DNA of 64,000 bases, taken from contig CALHXW010000039.1 of assembly GCA_938040325.1 (NCBI GenBank), forward strand, positions 13,513-77,512. Reading direction: 5' to 3'. Below are positions 28,284 through 36,619 of this stretch, in pieces. This DNA comes from an uncultured bacterium. Its GTDB lineage: Bacteria; Myxococcota_A; UBA9042; PHBI01. The notes below the pieces were generated by a model that saw only the letters and a program-made list of their open reading frames with translations, was not told where the DNA came from and searched no databases. The position numbers and the translations under genes are program-made. Position 1 is the stretch's first letter. Each line of letters opens with the position of its first letter.

Positions 28284-31200
28284 ATGGTTGAGCCTGTGAT
28301 CGATAGCCTAGACCCCGGCTTGAAGATGGTCTGTCCTGCTTGCAACGTGACGTTTGAGGCGTCTGTGCAGGTCTGCGTGACCTGCGGTGCAGGCCTCCTT
28401 GAGGTGCCGGACTCCCCCTTGCTCTCAGGTCAGCTGCTCGACGGGCGCTACCAGATCGGCGGCGTCGTCGGCAGTGGCGGGATGGGCACCGTCTACCGGG
28501 CCGAGCAGGTCGGCATGGAGCGCGCGGTCGCGATCAAGGTCATGCACGCTCACTACGCGCACGACCCGCGTGCAGTGAAGCGCTTCTTCCGCGAGGCACA
28601 GGCCGCGAGTCGGCTGATCCACCCCAATATCGTCACGGTCTACGACTTCGGGCGCTCCGAAGACGGGCATCTCTACATGGTGATGGAGCTCCTTGAGGGA
28701 TGGACCCTCGGCGATCTGATTCACTACCGCGCCCCCCTTGAGCCCTCGCTGGCGATCGCCATCGCGTCCCAGGTTTGCGACGCGCTCGACGAGGCCCACA
28801 AGCGCCGCATCGTTCACCGCGACCTCAAGCCCGACAACATCCTCGTCTCGCTCGTTCGTGGCAGCGTATGGGCGAAGGTGCTCGACTTCGGGATCGCTCG
28901 TGCGATGCGAGACCGCGATGCCGGGCTGATGGTCCACCAGTCGACGGTCGAGATCGCAGGCACGCCTGCCTACATGAGCCCCGAGCAGATCCTGGGCCAA
29001 GACCTCGACCCGAGGTCGGACCTCTACTCGCTCGGCGTGATCCTCTACGAGATGCTCACCCGGCAGCGGCCCTTCGACGACGAGAACTCCGTCACGCTGT
29101 GCATGAAGCAGCTCAACGACGAGCCCGTCGCGCTCAACACCTTTCGCGAGGATGTGCGTCGGCTCGACGAGGTCGTTCATGGCCTTCTCCACAAGTCCGT
29201 CGACGGTCGGCCGTCAACCGCTGGCGACACGAAGCGGCGCCTGCTGGCCTGCCCACAGGCAGCAGCCCCCGTCGTGCTCGAGCCCATCGATCCCGGCGCT
29301 GCCCGTGGTCTTGGCGCCAAGACCACACGCGGCAACGCCGCGGCCCTCATGGCGCAGCCGACGCTCAACGTGGCCTACGAAGCAGCTCAGTCGCAGCGCT
29401 TGCACACGCCAGCACTCGGCGGCGTGGCGCTCCCAGAGCTGAGCTTTCCTGGCATGTCCGCCGCCGTCGCTCCGAAGGTCGATGTGCCGCAGGAGGTCCA
29501 GGTTGCCGCGGTCGCGCGAGTGGTCGCCGAGAGCCAGGACGTGATCAGCCATGTGGTTGTTTGCGGCTGGATCGAAGCCCGTGAGGCCGAGGGCTGGGAG
29601 GTCGACGTGGACGGCGATGCCCTCGACGTTTACGTGCCTGCCGTTGCTGGACACGACGCGTTCGGCGCGTTGCTCAACGAGCTGTCGGCGCTACAAGGCG
29701 CTGCGCTGGACGCCAACCTCGCGCTGAGGACCGGCGCGGCAAGCTGTGCAGATGGCTACGGGACGCGCGCCCTCGACCTTGCGCGGCGACTCGCCGCGTC
29801 CGCACCCCACGGTCGTGTCGTCACCACCAAGGGGGCAGGGGCCGAGCGCGGGCATCGTGAGGTGCCGAGGACCTCGGTGTTTCTCCCTGGTGGCGCCGCG
29901 CTCGCCGCCGTGTCGATCGCGCCCGCGAGCCCCAGTGGCGGGGCACTGGTCGACGATGGTGAGCTGCTCTGGGGCAGAAGCATTCCGCTGCGTCGGCTTG
30001 GGCAGATCGCCGACGAAGCGCGACGGACGGGGCTACAGCGTGCCCTGCTGGTCGGCGCGGCTGGCTTTGGCAAGAGCGCCGCCCTTCGGTCCTTCGTTCG
30101 GGGCCGCCGCCACGTCATGGTTCGGGTCGCACCCGCTGCCGAGCTCTGGCCAGGGCACACCGTCGCGCGACTGGTCGCTGCGAGCCTCGGGCTCGATAAG
30201 CTCACCGGTCGCATCTCGGATCTCGCCGGCCTGTCGGTGCCGTCGCTGCACCTCCCGACGCTGCACCTCCTGCTCTGTGACAAGCGCCCGGATGACGCGC
30301 CGTCGCTGCGAAGTCTCGCAGCACTTGTCGGCTATGCTCTCGAGCAGCGGGCACTCGGCGGCCCTCTCGTCATCGCGATCGACGATGCCGATGGGGTGGA
30401 CGAGGCCAGCCGGCTCATCCTTGAGGCCGCGCTCGCCGCGCACAGCGACCAGCCATGGCTGCTGGTCGCATCGACGCGCACCCTCAAGCCACAGCTCCTG
30501 TGCGCCGAGGGGCATCGGGTTGAGCTCAGGCCGCTCGGTATGCGCTCGGCCAACTCGCTGCTCGACGCCTACGACGTGCCACCGCGGCGTCGGCACAGCA
30601 TGATCGCGGCGGCCCAGGGCAACCCGCGAGCGCTGCAGCTGCTGGCGCGCACAACGGAAGATGCCGTGCCCAACGTCTACGGCGAGCGCATCATCAACGT
30701 GCTGCTGCCGGAGCACCTGCGGGGCGCCGAGCCCAAGGTCGCGGACAGCTCTTGGGTTGCCGCAGCGACGGGCGACGCCGCTGACGAGCCGCTGAGCGTG
30801 CAGGCGGCAAAGCTCTACCTCCAGGTTGGGCTGGACCCGGCGCTTGCCTCGTGGCTCGCTGGCCGCCTTCGGCACGAGGGGCCGATCGCGTCGTGGTTGG
30901 CCTCAGCGTGGGTCGATGCAGAGCCCGACGGGCCGCAACGCCGCGCTGAGCGCTGCGAGCGCCTAGGCATGTGGCGACTCGCCGCGACCGCCTACGAGAC
31001 GTCGCTCGCCTTGGTCTCCGACGAAGCTCGGCCCAGCCTCCAGCTGCGTGCAGCCACCATGCGGGCCTGTGCCGGCGATGTTGCCCGCGCCGTGACGTCG
31101 TTCGATGCGTCTGTGCGCTGCGGCATGAGCCGACACCGCGCAACAGAGCTCTTGGCGTTCGCGACGCTCATGCTCGAGAACGGCGAGATTCAGCGGGCCC

Positions 31201-32057
31201 AGGCGATCCTCGACGGGGTTCGGAGTGTCCCTCAGTACGCATCGGCGCCGAAGGCTTGCGCGGGCTCTGCGATCCTCGCGGCACGCGCCGCCGTGCGCAG
31301 GAGCGACGGCGTGTCGGCCATGAGCGAGCTCGCGCGAGCGCGGGCGTCGCTGGCTCAGCTGCGTCGGACAGATGCCCGTGGCGCGCGAGCACTCGAGGGC
31401 TTGGCACAAGAGGCCCGCGCAGAGGTGGCGCTTCTTGAGGGCGACCTCGATAGCGCCCAGATGAACCTTCAGCAGTCCCACGCCAGCTTCCGCGATCTCG
31501 GCATGATCCGTGACGCCGTGCGATGTCTCATCCAGCTCGGTCGGCGGGAGTTGGACGCCAAGCACCCGCGACGCGCGCTTGCGACGTTCAAGGCTGCGCA
31601 CGATATCGCGATCGCGCATGGCTACGGACTGGCGGCGATCGACGCCGAGACAGGGAGGGGCGATGCGAGCGTCGCGCTCTCTGAGCTCGAAGACGGCGCG
31701 CGTCTGCTGCGCTCGGCGCTCAAGGCGTCGGTGGCGTCCGGCTACAAAGAGGGCGTCGCGCGCGCCAGCCTCGGGCTTGGGCGCACGACGCTGGCACGCG
31801 GCATGTGGGCCGATGCGGTCCGGCATGCTGAGCGGGCTGTCGCCGAGAGCGACGATGCGGCGCTGACGTGCGACGCGTGGCTTCTTCAAGCTGATGCTCT
31901 GGTCACCGGGTCCCAAGGTCGGCGTGCCCAGCGCTGCATCGAGCAGGCTCACAGCCAGCTCGGTTCGATCTGGGACGGCACCCTGGCGGCAACCCTTCGA
32001 TCGCGCGCTCTCGGCCACCAGCCCGAGACGACGCCAGCGCACCTGGCAGGACAGTGA
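28284..32057 (+). CDS. Ser/Thr kinase - degenerate cyclase-like - AAA/STAND NTPase - TPR protein
   Basis: GGAGG SD; CPAC..CVTC, HRDLKPDN, DFG, GTPAYMSPEQ; Walker A GAAGFGKS; Walker B VIAIDD; GNP motif; TPR-like helices. Confidence 0.85.
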   Translation: MVEPVIDSLDPGLKMVCPACNVTFEASVQVCVTCGAGLLEVPDSPLLSGQLLDGRYQIGGVVGSGGMGTVYRAEQVGMERAVAIKVMHAHYAHDPRAVKRFFREAQAASRLIHPNIVTVYDFGRSEDGHLYMVMELLEGWTLGDLIHYRAPLEPSLAIAIASQVCDALDEAHKRRIVHRDLKPDNILVSLVRGSVWAKVLDFGIARAMRDRDAGLMVHQSTVEIAGTPAYMSPEQILGQDLDPRSDLYSLGVILYEMLTRQRPFDDENSVTLCMKQLNDEPVALNTFREDVRRLDEVVHGLLHKSVDGRPSTAGDTKRRLLACPQAAAPVVLEPIDPGAARGLGAKTTRGNAAALMAQPTLNVAYEAAQSQRLHTPALGGVALPELSFPGMSAAVAPKVDVPQEVQVAAVARVVAESQDVISHVVVCGWIEAREAEGWEVDVDGDALDVYVPAVAGHDAFGALLNELSALQGAALDANLALRTGAASCADGYGTRALDLARRLAASAPHGRVVTTKGAGAERGHREVPRTSVFLPGGAALAAVSIAPASPSGGALVDDGELLWGRSIPLRRLGQIADEARRTGLQRALLVGAAGFGKSAALRSFVRGRRHVMVRVAPAAELWPGHTVARLVAASLGLDKLTGRISDLAGLSVPSLHLPTLHLLLCDKRPDDAPSLRSLAALVGYALEQRALGGPLVIAIDDADGVDEASRLILEAALAAHSDQPWLLVASTRTLKPQLLCAEGHRVELRPLGMRSANSLLDAYDVPPRRRHSMIAAAQGNPRALQLLARTTEDAVPNVYGERIINVLLPEHLRGAEPKVADSSWVAAATGDAADEPLSVQAAKLYLQVGLDPALASWLAGRLRHEGPIASWLASAWVDAEPDGPQRRAERCERLGMWRLAATAYETSLALVSDEARPSLQLRAATMRACAGDVARAVTSFDASVRCGMSRHRATELLAFATLMLENGEIQRAQAILDGVRSVPQYASAPKACAGSAILAARAAVRRSDGVSAMSELARARASLAQLRRTDARGARALEGLAQEARAEVALLEGDLDSAQMNLQQSHASFRDLGMIRDAVRCLIQLGRRELDAKHPRRALATFKAAHDIAIAHGYGLAAIDAETGRGDASVALSELEDGARLLRSALKASVASGYKEGVARASLGLGRTTLARGMWADAVRHAERAVAESDDAALTCDAWLLQADALVTGSQGRRAQRCIEQAHSQLGSIWDGTLAATLRSRALGHQPETTPAHLAGQ

Positions 32058-32638
32058 GGCGAGCGATGCAGGCTCAGCGCCCAACCACTCGACCGCGTGG
32101 CCAGCTCAAGACGGTCGCAACCCTGCTGATGGCGACGGCGTTAGCGGCATGCCTCACGACCCGAGGCGTCGATCGACCGGTGGGTGGCGACGCGCCGGCG
32201 TTCGCTTTGACCGCTCACACCGGCGAGATCGTGCGCTTAGAGGACTACGCCGGCAAGGCGTCGGTCGTGGTCGTCTTCTACCGAGGACATTGGTGACCGT
32301 TCTGCCGCACTCAGCTCGGTGAGCTGAGCCGATTCTTCCCTCAGATCCAAGAGCGCAACGGCACCGTCGTCGCGATCAGCGTCGACGAGACGGCCGCGTC
32401 TCGGGACCTAGCCGAGCGCATGGGCCTTCCGTTTTTGCTGCTGTCGGATCCTGGCGCCAAGACCGCCGAAGCCTGGGGCGTTGCCATGGAAGGGGGCGAC
32501 GATCCCTTGGCGGTGCCAGCGCTCTTTGTGGTCGACTCCCAGGGCGGCATTCGGTTCCGCCACGTCGGTGAGCGGATGGATGACCGCGCCTACATGGGCG
32601 ACATCCTGAGCGCGTTGTCCGCCGCCAGCGGGCCATGA
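32054..32638 (+). CDS. Selenocysteine-containing AhpC/TSA (peroxiredoxin-like) lipoprotein, UGA at 32294-32296
   Basis: Track ORFs 32054-32296 and 32420-32638 are one frame broken by a single TGA: FYRGHW-U-PFCRTQLGEL...VVAISVD...FLLLSDP...PALFVVDSQGGIRF. Confidence 0.88.
32297..32328 (+). promoter_or_regulatory. Bacterial SECIS-like hairpin
   Basis: Perfect stem CTCAGCTC (32310-32317)/GAGCTGAG (32321-32328) with GGT loop, 21 nt after the UGA. Confidence 0.72.
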
Positions 32639-32662
32639 GCTGCTGCGGCTGGAGCCCGCCGC

Positions 32663-33109
32663 TTAGCGCGCGACGGCGATAGGTCCGAGCGCGAGGGTTG
32701 GCGTCCCCGCAAAGAGATCTGCGACCGACATGTGCCGGATCGGCCGCATCATCGCGTCATTGAGGATCGCGAGCGGGCCCTTGATGTCGCAGTGTGGGCC
32801 CTGTTGGCAGGAACAGGCCTCGTCCCCGATGCACTCGACCAGCCGTGACTGTTCACGGCAGAGCGCAAAGAGGGTCACCAGCGAGATCTCGGTGAGCGGT
32901 TGCGCGAGTGCGTAGCCGCCTTGTGCGCCTTGAGTCGCCGTGACGATCGAGCCTGTTCGCAGCGTCTGGAGGACCTTGGCGAGAAGCGTCTCCGGGATGT
33001 TGTAGCTGGTCGCAATCGAGCGCGTGGTTGCACACTCGGCCGGCTTGAGTCGGCTGAGGTAGCGGAGTGCGAGCAGCGCGTACTCGGTTTTTTTGTGAAG
33101 CTTCAACAC
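32663..33109 (-). CDS. Rrf2 family transcriptional regulator
   Basis: EYALLAL, LAKVLQTL, QGAQGGYALA, Cys cluster C-x5-C-x-C-x5-C. Confidence 0.9.
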   Translation of the reverse strand: MLKLHKKTEYALLALRYLSRLKPAECATTRSIATSYNIPETLLAKVLQTLRTGSIVTATQGAQGGYALAQPLTEISLVTLFALCREQSRLVECIGDEACSCQQGPHCDIKGPLAILNDAMMRPIRHMSVADLFAGTPTLALGPIAVAR

Positions 33110-33154
33110 CGTGCGGTCTTGTTAAGCAGTCGCGCTTGCGCCGTCAAGGTGCGG

Positions 33155-33904
33155 TCAACGGTCCTGGGCCTGCTTAAGCAGCGCCCAGCTGACGTGGCTT
33201 GGGTCGGCGTCCGAACATCGGCCGTCGACGAGGCGGCTCGCGTCAAACGCAAGAAGACGGTAGTTGCCGCCGTCGATCACGACGTCAGCGGACGCGCCTG
33301 GCGCAGCGCGCGTGACGCCTCGACGCGTCTCCACGAAGACCGTGTGGTGCTCCAGGACCGCTTGGCAGAGGTTGGCGAGCCGTCGGGACTCCGTGTAGAC
33401 GAGCTGGCTTGCCTCGAAGGCACCGCCGACGCTCAGGTCCGTTGGCAAGACGCCGGTAGGCAACCCGTCATCGCGCACGACAACGGCGATGAGGCGACCG
33501 ACTTCCGTGGCGACCACGATGGCCTCGCCCGCAGCGGACCGATAGGTGCGGACTTTGATGGTGTCACCAGCGGCGACTGGCAGACGCTCGCCGGCACGGA
33601 GGCGATAGCGCACGACGGCAGCCGGTCCGTCGACCAGCGAGAGGCTGAGGTGCGTCGTGCCGTCTGGACGGACCGCCTGGTGGTCGTCCACAGACGCGAT
33701 CCACCACCGGCCGCTGAGCGCAGCACGGGGTGTGGTCTCGAACCGTGGAGGCGGATCGGCTCGATGCCCGCTGGAAGCGGGCCGAAGTTCGGTCGGCCCC
33801 GAGTGGATGAACGGGGCCGGGGGGCAGCCAAGGAGCGGAGAGAGCGTTGTCGCGACGAGCAGCAGCCGGGCGCGCGTGAGCGCCTGGCTGGCACGCCGAG
33901 CTAT
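33155..33904 (-). CDS. Hypothetical lipoprotein with probable non-canonical start
   Basis: The frame of track ORF 33155-33691 stays open up to the rpmB stop and encodes ARRASQALTRARLLLVATTLSPLLGC. Confidence 0.55.
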   Translation of the reverse strand: MARRASQALTRARLLLVATTLSPLLGCPPAPFIHSGPTELRPASSGHRADPPPRFETTPRAALSGRWWIASVDDHQAVRPDGTTHLSLSLVDGPAAVVRYRLRAGERLPVAAGDTIKVRTYRSAAGEAIVVATEVGRLIAVVVRDDGLPTGVLPTDLSVGGAFEASQLVYTESRRLANLCQAVLEHHTVFVETRRGVTRAAPGASADVVIDGGNYRLLAFDASRLVDGRCSDADPSHVSWALLKQAQDR

Positions 33905-34155
33905 GCCCCGAGCTTCTTGGCGATCATGCGCTTGTAGTCGACGCCGTTCTTCTTGCAGAAGGCCGGCAGGCCGATCTTGTTGATGCTGCGGATCGCACGG
34001 GTCGACAGCTTCATCTTCACGTGGCGGCCTGCCTCGGGGATGAAGATACGCTTCGTCTGAATGTTGGGGTTCTGACGTTTCTTCGTCTTGTTGTGCGCGT
34101 GCGACACGTTGTTGGCCATGTTGGCGCGCTTTCCCGTAATTTCACAAACTCGCAT
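33901..34155 (-). CDS. rpmB: 50S ribosomal protein L28
   Basis: MRVCEITGKR..ANNVSHAHNKTKKRQNPNIQ...KLSTRAIRSINK; GGAG SD. Confidence 0.96.
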   Translation of the reverse strand: MRVCEITGKRANMANNVSHAHNKTKKRQNPNIQTKRIFIPEAGRHVKMKLSTRAIRSINKIGLPAFCKKNGVDYKRMIAKKLGA

Positions 34156-34315
34156 CTGCGTTCTCCGTTTGGGGCCGCGTTTGCTAACAAGGGACCCCGA
34201 TCGCGTCAACCAATGATTCGCTTAAGCCCCACGTGACTCGTCGAATGCACACATGTTCGCGACGCGGCCGCGTGCGCACCGTTCGGATTTTCGTCAACGC
34301 TGCTACCCTACGGCC

Positions 34316-35167
34316 ATGGACGTCATGAACCCCGACACGCTCACTTACGCGACCCCGACGCTGACGGTCTGGCCGTTCCGGACGCCAACGCTCCCGCCGG
34401 CCACGCACACCAACATGGTCCTCGTCGGCGCTGAGCGCATCTGGATCGTCGACCCGGCGACCCCGTGGCAAGACGAGCGCGAACGCATGGCGTCTGAGCT
34501 GACGGCCGTGCTCACGAGCGATCGAGCGCTCGCTGGCATCGTGTTGACCCACCATCATGCCGACCACGTGGGCGGAGCTGCATGGCTGGCAGAGCGCTTC
34601 GGCCTGGAGGTCTGGGCTCATCCGGCGACCCAGGGACTCGTCGGCGAAAAGCTGCAGGTTCAACACGTCCTCAACGAAGGCGATGTCCTCGAGGGCTCTA
34701 GCGCCGCCAACGACCGGTGGCATGTGCTGCACACCCCGGGCCACGCATCCGATCATGTCGTGCTCTGGGAGCCTGTCGGCAAGCGGGTCGTCGGCGGCGA
34801 CATGATGGCGTCGGTCGGCACGATCGTCATCGACCCGGCGGACGGGGACATGGCGATCTACTTGGAGCAGCTGCGTCGACTTCGAGCGCTGGCTCCGACC
34901 GAGTGGGTGCCGTCTCATGGAGCGGTCATCACAGACCCCGTGGGTCGTCTCGACCACTACATACAGCACCGGCTGGCGCGTGAGGCGAAAGTGCTGGCAG
35001 CGCTGACCGCTGATGACGAGCCGCTCCTCGCCGTCACGCGCCGGGCGTACCCAGAGCTCGATCCGCGGCTCTATCCACTGGCAGCTCGGTCTGCGCTGGC
35101 GCATCTCATCAAGCTCCGCCAAGACGGGCGGGCCCTTGGCGACACGCACTGGCGGCGCAGAGAGTGA
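34316..35167 (+). CDS. MBL-fold metallo-hydrolase (LACTB2-like)
   Basis: TPTLPPATHTN, THHHADHVGG, HTPGHASDH, GGD, PSHG, HRLARE. Confidence 0.88.
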   Translation: MDVMNPDTLTYATPTLTVWPFRTPTLPPATHTNMVLVGAERIWIVDPATPWQDERERMASELTAVLTSDRALAGIVLTHHHADHVGGAAWLAERFGLEVWAHPATQGLVGEKLQVQHVLNEGDVLEGSSAANDRWHVLHTPGHASDHVVLWEPVGKRVVGGDMMASVGTIVIDPADGDMAIYLEQLRRLRALAPTEWVPSHGAVITDPVGRLDHYIQHRLAREAKVLAALTADDEPLLAVTRRAYPELDPRLYPLAARSALAHLIKLRQDGRALGDTHWRRRE

Positions 35168-35970
35168 GTAGCGCAGAGAGCGTCGGTCGCGTTGGCGAGC
35201 GCTACGCGGGCGGCGAGCTGGACGCGCGGACCGAGCAGCTCGTGTCGGAACAACCGCTGGAGATCGTCGTCAACGGGACCGCGCTTGCGGTGTTGATGCG
35301 GACACCGGGGCGCGACCTGGATCTGGTCGCCGGGTTTCTGTGGACCGAAGGCGTGATCGAGAGCGCCCGCGACCTCGACGCGCTCGCTCACTGCGACGAT
35401 CCGCGCCGCCCCAACCGTGAGAACCTGGTCCGTGCCGCGCTTGCTGCGGGGTGTGCGGTGGAGCCCGCTCGCCGGACCTTCACGACCGGATCGAGCTGCG
35501 GCCTCTGTGGCAAAACGCAGCTGCAAGACTTGGCGCAGGTCGTCCGCACGCGGGCGAACCCAACGCGGATTCCCGAGGATGCTGTCAACATCGTGGCCGC
35601 CGAGGTCGCCGGCCGTCAGCCCGTGTTCGAGCGCACGGGCGGGTTGCATGCTGCGTGCCGGTTCCACACCGCTTCAGGTGCCGTGCTGGATGTCGCCGAA
35701 GACATCGGGCGCCACAACGCCACTGACAAGGTGCTGGGTGCGGCCCTCCGTGCTGGGGCAGACGACCTTGCGGGGCAGTCGCTATGGGTCAGTGGCCGCG
35801 TGAGCTTTGAGATCGTGCAGAAGGCCGCGGTCGCCGGTCTCGACGGGATCGTCGCCGTCGGTGCCGTGAGTGCGCTGGCAGCCGATCTTGCGGGCGAGGT
35901 TGGCCTCGACCTCATCGGGTTCGCGCGTGCCGGGCGGTTCACGCGCTACCACGGCGAGTCGAGCGGCTGA
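35164..35970 (+). CDS. fdhD: Formate dehydrogenase accessory sulfurtransferase
   Basis: EQPLEI, MRTPG, SSCGLCG, TGGLHA, EDIGRHNATDK, SGRVSFEIVQKA. Confidence 0.95.
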   Translation: MSSAESVGRVGERYAGGELDARTEQLVSEQPLEIVVNGTALAVLMRTPGRDLDLVAGFLWTEGVIESARDLDALAHCDDPRRPNRENLVRAALAAGCAVEPARRTFTTGSSCGLCGKTQLQDLAQVVRTRANPTRIPEDAVNIVAAEVAGRQPVFERTGGLHAACRFHTASGAVLDVAEDIGRHNATDKVLGAALRAGADDLAGQSLWVSGRVSFEIVQKAAVAGLDGIVAVGAVSALAADLAGEVGLDLIGFARAGRFTRYHGESSG

Positions 35971-36029
35971 GCAGACGCGTGTCCACTGGTGCGCGTCACG
36001 CAAACCGCAGTTCCCGGCAACCCTGTTAG
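35967..36029. repeat. Family A element (short copy) spanning the convergent fdhD and mobA stops
   Basis: 36002-36029 AAACCGCAGTTCCCGGCAACCCTGTTAG matches 4868-4895 at 24 of 28 positions; its end contains the mobA TAA. Confidence 0.7.
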
Positions 36030-36598
36030 GGGGTATCAGCCAGGGACGCGATGAGGGCGGCGTGGTCTTGTGGGGTGTCGAAGTCTCGGCAGCGGGCACG
36101 CATGCCTTCGGGCAGCGTGTCGAGGTCGAGCCACCCGCACTCGAGTCCGTCAACAACGCGCATGAGCCTGCGCTCACCGGCTTCGTGAGCAGCGACGAGT
36201 GCGGCTTTACCGCCAGCATCGTAGCGGGCCAGCAGCGGTTGCGGACGGGCGTCTAAGCGAGCGATCAACGCGTCGTGGTGGCTGCCGCTCTGGGTCGCCA
36301 GCCTGACCAGCACCTGCTGCGGGACCAGCGGCACGTCGCACGCGACCACGAGGAGTGAGCGCGCCGGGTAGGCTAGGGCGGCGGTCGCGAGGGCTTGGAC
36401 CGGCCCGCCGTTCGGCTCAAGGTCCGCCAGCGCGCCGTGGGGGCCGCCCACGATGACCACCTCGTCGACCACCAGCCGCAGCGTCGCTTGAACTCGGCTG
36501 AGGCTCGTCTGACCGTCGATGTCGGCGCTGGCCTTGTCGGCGCCGAACCGTGTCGAACGACCGCCTGACAGGATGATGCCGATCGGTGATAGGGTCAT
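36026..36598 (-). CDS. mobA: Molybdenum cofactor guanylyltransferase
   Basis: ILSGGRSTRFGADKA, GGPVQAL, VACDVP, QPLLARY, DFDTPQD. Confidence 0.9.
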   Translation of the reverse strand: MTLSPIGIILSGGRSTRFGADKASADIDGQTSLSRVQATLRLVVDEVVIVGGPHGALADLEPNGGPVQALATAALAYPARSLLVVACDVPLVPQQVLVRLATQSGSHHDALIARLDARPQPLLARYDAGGKAALVAAHEAGERRLMRVVDGLECGWLDLDTLPEGMRARCRDFDTPQDHAALIASLADTP

Positions 36599-36619
36599 CG
36601 CTTCAGTGAGGAGGTGCGG

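Noticed and set aside
36002..36029. Integron attC site (CCCTAAC at the mobA stop)
   Set aside because: Sister copies read CTAGCA rather than YAAC/GTT, flank housekeeping genes, and no integrase or cassette array is present
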